Below, piece by piece: positions 13,364 to 24,656 of a DNA stretch of 64,000 bases; position 1 is the first letter of the stretch, and every line of letters starts with the position of its first letter. This DNA is from Eimeria praecox (taxonomy: Eukaryota). The notes under the pieces were generated by a model, which was not told where the DNA came from, searched no databases, and saw only the letters and a list, made by a program, of their open reading frames with translations. The stretch spans positions 124,001 to 188,000 of the forward strand of contig OY986947.1 of the NCBI GenBank assembly GCA_963920595.1, in the 5' to 3' direction. Both the position numbers and the translations under genes were made by a program.

Positions 13364-14272
13364 TTAGTAGGTTTGAGGGATATGCGCAGTTCGAGAGTGA
13401 CTGGTCCGTATACACAAGTTGAGCACGTGTGAGGCATTCTCTCTGCGTTGGCGACACCACAGCAACTTGGACGTGGCCACTTTCAGGACACCCTTTGGGC
13501 TGCATAACGAGTTCTCGGGCAGCAGGTCAACTGGACACACAACCTGCCCCGAGTAGAGAAAAGGGTAAGCATGACAACTGCAATGACGAATAAGCACAAG
13601 CCTTGATGAGCGGGCAATAAGTGACAGACGAGCTGGCATCTCTCCCACGGGGGCTTTGGGAGCGTTTAGTCTGGTCGGCCAGCATGCCTGTGTTGAGGCA
13701 CGAGCCTGGCCATTATCATAAGGCTGCGTACTGCCTAAATTCACCACTGGCAAGAACCGTCCATCAAAAGCTATGAATTTAGGAACGGGCCGCTCCTCTA
13801 ATGACTGCATTTGGAGTCTATATTAAACAGTGTAATGCAAACTTATCGAGCGCGACTCAGCATTTCCCTCAGCGAATTTCTTTGTTTCGCTGCCATGTAG
13901 AGCCTTCAACGAGGCCCTCCCAAAGAACATTTTTCTTCGCTTTCTAAACGCCAAAAGAGCTAGACACAGGAGAGCACCTAGAGGATCACCTGCACACGAC
14001 AGTTCCCCGCATCCTGATCTGTCAGCAAGCTCATATACGTGCTCCTGCAGGTATCCTTCGAATTCCCCACTCTGGGTTGAATCCGATGACACGCATAAAT
14101 GCCGTATGATATCATTCAAAAGGCTTTGAGGAACTGCGCGCACACTACCGGTCTCGTTCGACTCATCAAGCCCCCTACTTGCTCCCTCAAAGCAATGCTC
14201 TTCCCCCTGTGAACGATCGAAAACGAGGCTGAAATCGTGGTTGCTCAAACCAGCAGTACCACGGGTCGGCAA
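13364..14272 (-). pseudogene. Longest array B reading frame: ~300 codons with one internal TAA
   Basis: ORFs 13823-14272 and 13364-13810 are in the same frame, separated by one TAA. The distal half aligns with the frameshifted paralogue at 15822-16260. Confidence 0.6.
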
Positions 14273-14797
14273 GAAACGAGAGATTTCCTAATGCCTCGCA
14301 CCCTATTCGACGAAGCGCCTGAAAAGCGTGAGAATTGCCGGAAACGTCGCCGTGCGCTTCTCACCAATGCATGAACAAATACGATTTCTCAATTCGAGCA
14401 TGGCAACTCCACACCAAACCACCGCATTCACCAAACACGCGAAGCTCAGCATGCCAGCCGCCGGACAGGATGCCGTCGTTTATGCCAAAATTTGACAATC
14501 AAACGCCCTGAACAGTGCGGCCTACTAGTTGGCACCGGCGCTGTTATAGGCGCATCAGGTGCTTATGAGGGCATGCCCCAAGTAATAGGCTTATTAGGCT
14601 TAGGTGCTTCGTACTGCCTATATGCACGAGGCGGTGAGGAAAAGAGGAGACAGTTATTCTCAAGACTTTGGACAGTGGTACGCCAACGCATTCGCCCTTC
14701 AGGAGCAACCTAGTGAACGGCTGAGCACCTGGAACCTGAGATTTCGGAGTAGATGAGCATTTACGCCCTACCCAGGTTTTCGCCGACCAATAATCGG

Positions 14798-15749
14798 CAT
14801 GCACCCGATTTGCCCATTATCCATACGGGTCATGAAGCTTTTACCTTGCAGCACCGAAGGCGAGAAGATCATTATAGGCCTCCCCATACATACCATAATC
14901 CAATGCCGCAACATGTTCTACCAAGTGCCCCAACCGCATGAAAAACTGCTGCACACGTTACCATGCACCTTCCTTCTGGTAAAGCATGGCCAAACTGCTT
15001 TGGCTAACCAAACCTAGCCACCTACAAGCCTGGAGGGTGCAGCGGAAGACAAACAAGCGACTGTTCGTGCAAAAGCCACTCGCCATGAAGGGAGATTAAG
15101 AACAGAACCAGCGTGACTCGCCCATAGCCGTTTCAGCATGTCCGGTATGTGTGAAGCCAATGCCGCACTCGTTGGTTTAAGGCTGGTCTAGCCGATCCGT
15201 ACTGCCTATATGCGCGACGCAGAGAAGTAACGAGGGGAAAGGCCCACATGCTGGCCATAAGATGGCAAACGGGGCCTTCGTGAGCAATGCAGTGAAGCGC
15301 TGTGCAGTTGAAGCATGTGAGGCAAGGAGATAGCATAGCCTGTCGTAGATTCATGGGTCACCTAACCACCAACCAGTAGAGCACACTATTTGGCGCTTTC
15401 GTAGTTGTGGTAGCATTTCCCAGCACTGGCCCGTCGGCCAGTTTGGAGCTAGAACCGATAAAGGCAGAAACACAACTAAGAAGTTGCCGGTCCACTTCGA
15501 ACTGCTCCCGCTAGTGCCGAGCAAAGGGGCGCTTGAGCATGTGTTACTGAAGACGAGATGCTAGTCGCGGATGCTGACGGATTCGTTCCAAAGTGATATA
15601 ACTAATAATATAGCAAAGGCTAAGTATGTGGTCAATCCGAAAATAAGATCGAGCCGAGTGGTCATTGCCCAGCAATGTGGATTCTCTGTACTGCCATACA
15701 GCAGTTCCAACCCATTCCGAAGCGCCACCAAATAGTTAAGATGCATCCA
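14798..15749. repeat. 952-bp near-identical direct repeat, copy 2
   Basis: Matches 12315-13266. Confidence 0.96.
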
Positions 15750-15821
15750 CACACAGCGGCCAGATGCCAATCCACTGACCTGTAATCCTCATGGTAGGGT
15801 TGTAACGCACCATCCAACGCG

Positions 15822-16260
15822 CTAATCGTACGTATAAGCACATTGCGCATTGCTGGAGAGATTGATGCGTATACATCGGTTCAACAATTGCGAGTCATCT
15901 GCTCTGCAGTCCTGATCACACAGGAAGATTGACACAAAAGGCTTGAATATACCTTTTGAACTCAATAATGAATGGTCGGGTAGCAGGCAGAAGCTGTTCC
16001 CAGAAAGCCCACGTGCGAAAGTGGCTATATTGCGGTAGCGATTACAAAAGCGCTGATGAGTGACCAATAACCGGTTTCGTAACACGCAGGCCTTTGGAAT
16101 GCTGTTTAACATCTCTCAGTCTGAGAGACATGAGCGACAAGCACGCCATAGTTAGTGCAAAATTATTATTATGGCTCAGCCGTACTCCCTGCATGCGTAG
16201 GCACAGTCTCCACGAAACGGTAATGGGCCGGGGGACGGACTTCGGTTCAAACGAGTACAA
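15822..16260 (-). pseudogene. Frameshifted paralogue of 13364-13810
   Basis: YSFEPKSVPRPITV aligns with QSLEERPVPKFIAF. LLPDHSLLSSKGIFK...SQLLNRCIRINLSSNAQCAYTY aligns with LLPENSLCSPKGVLK...SHVLNLCIRTSHSRTAHIPQTY. The match is split across two frames. Confidence 0.6.
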
Positions 16261-19200
16261 GAATCTTCATAAGCCAGTGCAGTACAAGAAGTTCATGTAT
16301 GACTCTGCGCCCAGTGCAATGCCACTGCTGCTGCACACATGCCAGTGCAGCTCTGCCGTACTCCCTGCGCGAATACCGGCCGGAAACGCGCCGCATGAGG
16401 TGGCACCCAGGGCATATTTACCTCGTCTGTATGGGCATTGATTACTTGCGTACAATATAGTATGACGGAGAATAGCTGTTGAAACCAATACAGCATGCAA
16501 AGCTACGGCTTCGCAGTGGCTGTGCTATTCCACGGCAAGAAATCCCCGATGCGGGGCCTATCCGCTCATTGCGCACATCATGATATAGGCACGAAAATTC
16601 ACTTAGATCAGATATGTGCCTATGTGCGTTGGTGAACAGACAGGTATTAGCACATACGTCCGCGGGATTTCTGTCAGCCCTACGCAAAGATCAACCAGGC
16701 CTATCGCCCTGTTTGCAAGCAGTATCCAGCGCTTCGCGAAGCTAGTGTCCCAGTGATGAGACACCGAAGCGCCACAACAACGGGGACAAGCCTTCCCCGC
16801 GGTTCCTTGACCTCGAGATCTGAAAAACAGCAGTGCACGTAGTTGCGTGGTTGAACAGCACGAAGTGTTCGGAAAGAAGCCATGGGGGCAAAAAGGATCC
16901 CAATTAGTACCGCCAAACGCCCCTTTAGATCCTCCAATTCTTAATGCAGCAGAACGTGCCATTTCTGCGTCTGTCCTCATGGCACTACTTCCTTGTTCGG
17001 CAGGTATGCACTCCGCTGGTGCCCACACCGAGAGGGGCCATGTAGCAATAAACGGGCAAGGTTCAGCAGCAGTGTGAGCCTAAAGCAAGCCTTACAAAAG
17101 CACGTAGACCATCTTGTGGCTCACTGACTAGCGGCATTTTGAGCAAATGCAATATGGAAAGAAACCGTTCCGGGAAGTGCGTACCCTCAAATACCTGAAA
17201 TGCTTGTGAAAGCCCTCAATGCATGCCATCATCAGCCGCCAAAGGAGCCGCACAACCTAGTTTATGATTCCCCGGCGCGCACCAAAACTATTTAGAAGGC
17301 TTTTCACAAAATACGTTTGAATCGGTGAAGGATAGGGAACGCTCTGCAATGCACTTTCGGCATGCATATTTTCATATGTTAACTGGTTCAAAACGTGCCG
17401 CTAGCAACCGTTGACGTACTATCTGGAAGGAGAAAACATGAAATAGCGAGTACAAATCTTAATCGTGTTCAGCATATCTTTCTGCACCTCTAGAAATTAT
17501 TCTCTTTCGTTAATAGTACCCTCAGATGAAGAATCTAACTGAGCCCCTGGAAGGCACTGTCAGCGGATCTGTGGGTATTTTGAGGCATGGATCGGAGATG
17601 GCGAACATTTTGCTCTCGTCTCATGATTTCAGAATAACTCACAAGCTGGGGATGACTATCGGCAGGCGCATGTAAGCAAGTATTTTGCCTGACGAGGTGC
17701 AGTTCTATACTTGCTCTACATATTGTCACCAGCTAGAATGCCCCTTTTGCCAATCCATATCTGTAAATATACGAGACCTCCCAAGGTCCTCCTGATGGAG
17801 CATTTCACAATCCGTCTATGGAGCAAGACAAAAGTGTTTTAGATTGAAGGCATGCTGCGACCGGTTCGCACCACATTAACTTCGCCACGAACTTCGCCGC
17901 ATATCGTGCTCGAGGCTCCTGCGGTCACTGATATATTGGATCCCTTTGTGCGTATTCGCCCACCGCCTGCGTTGGTAGGCTCATAAGGAGGAAGGACGTA
18001 TGCATATGAAGTAGCAGGAGGTAGCAGGAACACACGGGAGTGTGCCCAGTCTCTGGTGCGAGAGCTACCTCAAATTGCGAAGTGAGTGACTGCCTATGGT
18101 AAAATCAATATTTTGCCGAGCCTGCACTTTTGCTCTTTGACAACGCACAGCCCACCCTATCTTTGCAGTAAAATTAAGCGTTAAGCTATGGTGCATTCCA
18201 GGATACACCCGGCAAATCCGTAATTGCAGTGCTGCTGCAGTTGGTCAAAGCTTGCGTTCAACACGAATATAATTGGTGCATCCCGCGTGCGCTCATTCGG
18301 AGCCAACTATTTACTATCTGGAGCGGTACAGAAATTGCCGGCAAGGAATGTCGCCAGCCGATTTGACGGAACTCAATAATGGATCCGAGCAAAACACGCA
18401 ACTGCAGCATGGAACCAACACCTGAGGGCTCATGCTCTAAAGGGAACCAATGAGCATCTGCCGCACCAGGTCACACAGGATGGCCTTCGTAGCAAACGGA
18501 GTCGACCTCGATAAACGATGCAAGGAAATAGCAGAATCCGGTTTTCGTAGCAGGCTGCCTATTTGCTCGCCTTAGATTGCATCCTGCAATTGAAGGCGAT
18601 CATGATCATGATCCCAACTTCTGTTGAAATTACGTATACAAGGCTCAAAGCATGCTTGAGCAAAATTGTGGCGCGATGTGGACCTGCAGAACAAGTGCAT
18701 TTCCATGGCTGGCTGCGCTTCAGATAAAAGGCATTATCCCTTGTACGCTTGCAGAGTATGATTAAGCAAACATCGTACTACTTTGGTGCCGTTTCATGGC
18801 ACCTCGGGGGCACAAGACTGGCCAGCCGAATCGGCAGCTTGGCGCTCTTCGGCTAGTTTGCAACACGCTGATGAACCATTAGCAGACCAAGTCGTCCACA
18901 CGCACAAGCTGTTCAGCAGAAAGTGCAATCAAACACCTAGTTGAAGCATCCTGAAGCAGTCCTCTGCCGAATCAATGAATGCGGCAAATGTGAAGGATAG
19001 TGTTTGCTCGGGTTTACCCAACCCCACATATCGTTTGCACCGCGCAACGGGACGGACAACCTGAGAAAAATGTGACAAAGGCAATGAGCTTGAAGATCAT
19101 AGTCTTTGCCACCAATTATTTGCTTTACTGTCTAATGGCGCGGTAAAAGAAACGAACAATTCCATAAAAAAAGCGAGACCATGCTTGTCAAGCAGTCTGG

Positions 19201-19571
19201 GTTTCAAAACGCGCATCACGTAAGCCCTTGGCGTCTGCCCGAAAACGTGCAGATTTGCATGGTAATTGGTATCTGGAGAGGCAGCAATAGCGAAAAGGCA
19301 GCTTGTTGTATGGCTGGTACACGCTTCTATTTTGGTTCCTCAAAGGCGCAATGCGTGCCACAGACACTGTGAAGCATAACGCTACCCCGTTGTATACCGT
19401 GTTGCCCCGCTTTGCTTAGCGCACAGACTGATTCCGTTCGTAGGCTATACGTGCGCACGCATACAAGCGTGCTTGCTTTCTTGATGCTCATCAGCTAGTG
19501 GTGGGGGAGAATGGGGCTTAGTATTCATTCTTAAGCGCTTTGCACCATCGCAGTTTTAGCCACATGCTTTA

Positions 19572-19616
<45 letters not shown>

Positions 19617-20720
19617 CAGAGAGAGAGAGAGAGAAATAGATAGATAGATAGATAGAGAGATAGAAATAGAAATAGAAATAGATATAGATATAGATATAGA
19701 TATAGATATATAGATATAGATATATAGATATAGATATATAGATATAGATATATAGATATAGATATATAGATATAGATATATAGATATAGATATATAGATA
19801 TAGATATATAGATATAGATATATAGATATAGATATATAGATATAGATATATAGATATAGATATATAGATATAGATATATAGATATAGATATATAGATATA
19901 GATATATAGATATAGATATATAGATATAGATATATAGATATAGATATATAGATATAGATATATAGATATAGATATATAGATATAGATATATAGATATAGA
20001 TATATAGATATAGATATATAGATATAGATATATAGATATAGATATATAGATATAGATATAGATATAGATATAGATATAGATATAGATATAGATATAGATA
20101 TAGATATAGATATAGATATAGATATAGATATAGATATAGATATAGATATAGATATAGATATAGATATAGATATAGATATAGATATAGATATAGATATAGA
20201 TATAGATATAGATATAGATATAGATATAGATATAGATATAGATATAGATATAGATATAGATATATAGATATAGATATAGATATAGATATAGATATAGATA
20301 TAGATATAGATATAGATATAGATATAGATATAGATATAGATATAGATATAGATATAGATATAGATATAGATATATAGATATAGATATAGATATAGATATA
20401 GATATAGATATAGATATAGATATAGATATAGATATAGATATAGATATAGATATAGATATAGATATAGATATAGATATAGATATAGATATAGATATAGATA
20501 TAGATATAGATATAGATATAGATATAGATATAGATATAGATATAGATATAGATATAGATATAGATATAGATATAGATATAGATATAGATATAGATATAGA
20601 TATAGATATAGATATAGATATAGATATAGATATAGATATAGATATAGATATAGATATATAGATATAGATATATGGATATGGATATAGAAATAGACATAGA
20701 TATAGATATATAGGTATAGG
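19572..20720. repeat. Compound microsatellite ~1.15 kb: (TA)n, (GA)n, (TAGA)n, (TAGAAA)3, 14-mer (GATATA-GATATATA)n, then (GATATA)n
   Basis: Read directly. The 14-mer block runs ~19700-20050, followed by a 6-mer block with isolated 8-mers near 20262, 20372 and 20655. The right end is degenerate. Confidence 0.99.
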
Positions 20721-23524
20721 TGATATGTAGCCCTAAACGTGCTTCGCACATACCCTACATGCGTCCACAGGTATCGCAGGCAATCGCTGACAATCCTGGA
20801 GAATTGAGGTTACCCTTTTCGCTAGAGTCAGCGCAAGTGGGGGCTAACGGTGTATCGGTATGCTGCTGAGGACGTTTAAGGGGCAAGCAAAAGATGCGTG
20901 TGTGCAAAATCCACCAACGGTGTCCCTACTGCAGCAGAGCGCCCTGTACTACTCCTCCTATCATCCACACGTTGGTAACCTTTCTTCGGAACGTGAATCT
21001 ATTCCAGCAGTCGAAGGTTCCCAGGGCTTCATCGAACTTCACAGAATTGATCGATTCTTGGAATGCTTCGCAGGAACCATTTTATGCCCAAGCCTTACTA
21101 CTAGACTCCAGCATCCGAACGCTTGCCTTCACTGTCACCCTTGGGCATTTACGCAAGGTCCTCATAGTTGTAATCTCTGGAATCAGCAGACTAGATTCCA
21201 TTTCATAAGCCAACGTTTGTCCTACCGTGATTTGAAACTTCTGTGATAGCTAGCCTGATATATTGATAGCAACGCAAGTGCGCTATAGTTTGAAGGATGC
21301 CCTTTGAGATTCTCACTGCCTGGAATCGGTTCAACGACGGCAGTCAGCAGTGAAGAACGCGGCGCATTTATGGTTTGCTCTGACAAGAAGCACGAAGTTC
21401 AAATGCTTGCAAGCCAAACAGCATTGGAGCATGGGTATGGCGCTCTTCCTGCTGGCGAGTCAAGCTTGCATGGCGCATGAATCTTAGAAAATCCAGGAAA
21501 GATACCTAAACGATTCGGGAGCCTACAATTCTGACATGCGGCTTGGCTCTACCAAATGTGAACCTCCTAGTGCTAGAGGAAACGTTCTACAGAACGCCCA
21601 ACGTATCATGCTGGCCTGCACGGTAGCAGCAAGAAACGCTTGTCTTAGCCAGACGCGCCGGTAGAACATTAGTGAATGCCTCAGTGCGTGAGCTCATTAA
21701 TGCAACTAGGCAAACGCACGGCAGGCACAACGCCTCATGAACCTCTATGGCCTCCAATCAGGACATCTAGTTCAGCTGTGTCGGGCACAAATCTGAGAGG
21801 AAGGCGCTAACAAGGGTTACCTATGTGCATCGAACAATGACAGCAGTAATGTAAGCATTCTGTTTGTAAGTGCCTGGCGTCAGCAGTATCGTCCAGTCAC
21901 AATGCGCACAAACAGCAACAAAAGTGCAGTTTCTACCTCTCGCCAACGCTCACCACTGTGATCCACAGTATTCGTGGGCTGTACGACGAAACCGTGGAGC
22001 GTCCTACTTCATACGGTGATACGCACGGAAAGCAGATAAGCAGAACGAAGGAACTCCTAGACGCACATAGTCATAAAAAGGCGCACAATCTGAAATTTTA
22101 GACAAAACATCCAACCAACGTAGGAGGGTTGAAATTTTCGTCCCTTGTCTGCGCGAGCGTGAGTGGCACAAATCTAGGGTTTATGTGCATGCGTAATATA
22201 TGCAAGGAATGGGTCTGATCTGCTTCAGTAAATAGGCATATTTCGCAAGGCAGCATCTATCCTCCAGTATAGCAAATAGATACCAACTTAACGAAGCTCG
22301 ACATTGAACCGTAGATGATTTATAGAAGAGGCACGAATCGCCCCAGCCAGCAGCTGCTGCATCTCCTTACCTAGCAATGCATCGCTTCCCTGGGTTAGCG
22401 GCATCAGCGCTCAACAACTATGTGAGCCTGCAGCCGAAAGGAATGTTTCTCAGCTTCGCGCACGATCTGTGAGAAACGCCATAAATATGCATACTGCTCG
22501 CAGCAAACCCCCTGCAGCTTCACGCATAATTAGGCAAAATCACCATTCGTGTGTCATATGAAGGTGGCAGGCTAGGCCGGGAATGGGGAAGGCCCGCTTG
22601 AGTAATTATCTCGTTGAAGGTCGTCACAGGATGACTGCAGCAAGTAGCAGCTACCAGGGGGAGTGAGTCAGGCACTCAATCCCCTAGCTATGTTGACTGC
22701 CACTGCTACTGGAACAGCGTCCGCTAATATGGATAGTTGATGACTACAGTAATGGCGTCCCTGTATCCCAGCTAGGGAAGGAAACGGCCCTTGATGGCCC
22801 GAGGCAGTGTTTCACGAAAGCCATCATTAGGGTGTACGCATATAGATGGCAGTACAATGCGGTGTTGCATCTCTGTCGCAAGAGTCGGTATGCATTCATT
22901 CCGTTGTTGTTGTCACCATGCCCAGACGTTCTCGACAGCATTTCGCTTTCCTAACCCCACGTAACACAATCGACATCTGTGTGCTTTCTTCGGACTAAGC
23001 AGTTCTCCGTCCCCATGTGCTAGCCTATCTAGAGAATATTTAAACAAAAACCAATGAATGGAATGCATCTGCCTGCGTAAGAGACAGCATGATTTGAGGA
23101 AAACGGCATACTTTCGCCAATAGGCGTGTTGATTGAAAATGCAATTTGGGGGCAAGAGTAACGTTCGCGACAAATATATGCGATTATCAGCTTAAAAACA
23201 GGTCTTTTGATTAGGGTACCGTACCTTCTGTGATCCGTTGTTCGGCGCAAAACGGTTTATGCAGCTTTCGAACGAAGCGTGCAAGAGGCTCCATCGCGCT
23301 ACTAGATACTGCTGTGCGCACGCTACACGCTTAAAGCATCAAAAACTGCCAATGGACTTTCCCGATCCAGCCCAACGCAAGTTGTAGAAATGCACGCTGT
23401 ACTGAAGGTTAGTCAGCTACAAACCTCCGGTACCTAACCCGTGGGCGTGCGCATACCATCATTCACAGCGCTGCAGCAATCTCCAGTTACCATACAAAGA
23501 CACGCCATACCTGTTGACACATAC

Positions 23525-23558
23525 GGCGCTAGCAGGAGCAACGTCTCCTGCTAGCGCC
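23525..23558. other. Perfect 14-bp inverted repeat with a 6-nt loop
   Basis: ggcgctagcaggag-caacgt-ctcctgctagcgcc. Confidence 0.95.
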
Positions 23559-24479
23559 AATCAAGGCTTTAAGCCACACGAAAAACGTGTGCCTGTTCAG
23601 AAAAACAAGCAGAGCACCTCTAGCGTTAGCATTCTGCTGGATTCTAGGCCAACACATATTGTCGAACAGCGTAATAAGAGGCACTCCGGAACTTGTTTCT
23701 GCAGGTCATGCAGCTGTCGCACTACGAATCCCACAATAATCGAATACCGAACACTGCACGTTTAGGATGCAATCATGCGTAAGCCTGTATGCTGCGTGCA
23801 CCAAGCAGAGCATTGCAAAACCGTGCTTAACAAACATCCACTTAAGATAGGTACAGCAAGGCTATGCACATTGCCGACTACATGCATATGAGACTGGAAG
23901 CATCTACGGCCACGCTGCAAAAAAAGTACGTGAGCAAACAGAACGTGCCAATCCCATGCGCAAAAGGTTATACACAGGTAAGAGGGGATTATATCAAAAT
24001 TTCTAGGAATTTCTTACATCTGCAAAGCCAGCTAAAAGATGTGGCTTCCCAGGGGAAGCCTTTGCTTCACTTGCAACGGAAACAAAAGCAGTGCCAATGT
24101 GCTTTCTGCTTAGCTTCAAGAGCCCCGTTCCATTGTGCATTCGTGCTTGCATAGACGTACTTAGCAACGCATCGTGCCACAAAGTGCCGCTCACGCAACA
24201 TGACGCGAAGCAAATAACACTCTCCATATTACACCCTCGAACGATGGAGTGCCCTTCCCCAGCTTTAGGGGGCACGAATCTGCACCAGGTGCCAACTCTC
24301 AAAGCATCTTCTGAAGGCCCAGAGTCCTGCCACCTGCATATGCTTCAGACCCTTAGCTCTTGCTGCCTCTGCACTACTAGTTCAATGGGCCTACCTCATA
24401 TGGCCATCTTAGTGCATTCATGCAAAACTAGAGTTGTTGTAGTCCCTGGCGAGTACTTACATTCTGAGGCCTCCCAGTA

Positions 24480-24656
24480 TTTTTTGATGAACCAGGTTTG
24501 TACACAAATGCTGCTTACTCAGTAGAGAGTGTCTCTATTCCTAACATGAGGCCACCGCAAACCTAGGGTTGCTTATGGTATGAAACATCTTTGTATTTTT
24601 TGGTGGAACAGACAAGTTCGCAAATGCCGCTTACTTTGGACACAGTGCCTCTATTC
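24480..24656. repeat. Small diverged direct duplication (116-bp period) at the left border of the homogeneous C block
   Basis: tttttgatgaacc...caaatgctgcttact...gtgtctctattcc vs tttttggtggaac...caaatgccgcttact...gtgcctctattcc; caaatgc occurs at 24505 and 24621. Confidence 0.7.

Larger units (their letters stand above)
9900..17050 (-). pseudogene. Array B: ~3-4 diverged ~2-kb units of decayed coding-like sequence (unknown family)
   Basis: Recurring minus-strand peptides: YFVVLRYGLEKLW (~11030) / YLVALRNGLELLY (~13235, ~15715), and LLSRHSLAMSKCV (~10240) / LLPENSLCSPKGV (~13500) / LLPDHSLLSSKGI (~15965). Nucleotide anchors also recur, e.g. gcatttcccagcac...agctagaaccg at ~10696 and ~12930. Confidence 0.7.
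18950..24647 (-). pseudogene. Array C left edge: ~1.5 heavily diverged copies of the C unit, interrupted by the microsatellite
   Basis: Colinear short anchors to the C unit: ~18960 vs ~25968; aaaacgtgca 19242 vs 26232; ~19523 vs ~26451; tgtatcggtatgc 20851 vs tatatcgggatgc 40346; cctgcacggt 21615 vs 41192; aaggcgct 21801 vs 41404; ~22818 vs ~24911; ~24027 vs ~26147. Aligned by eye. Confidence 0.6.

Noticed and set aside
19531..20751. 406-aa and 397-aa ORFs ([12 protein letters not shown])
   Set aside because: They are translations of the microsatellite, which lacks stops on that strand.
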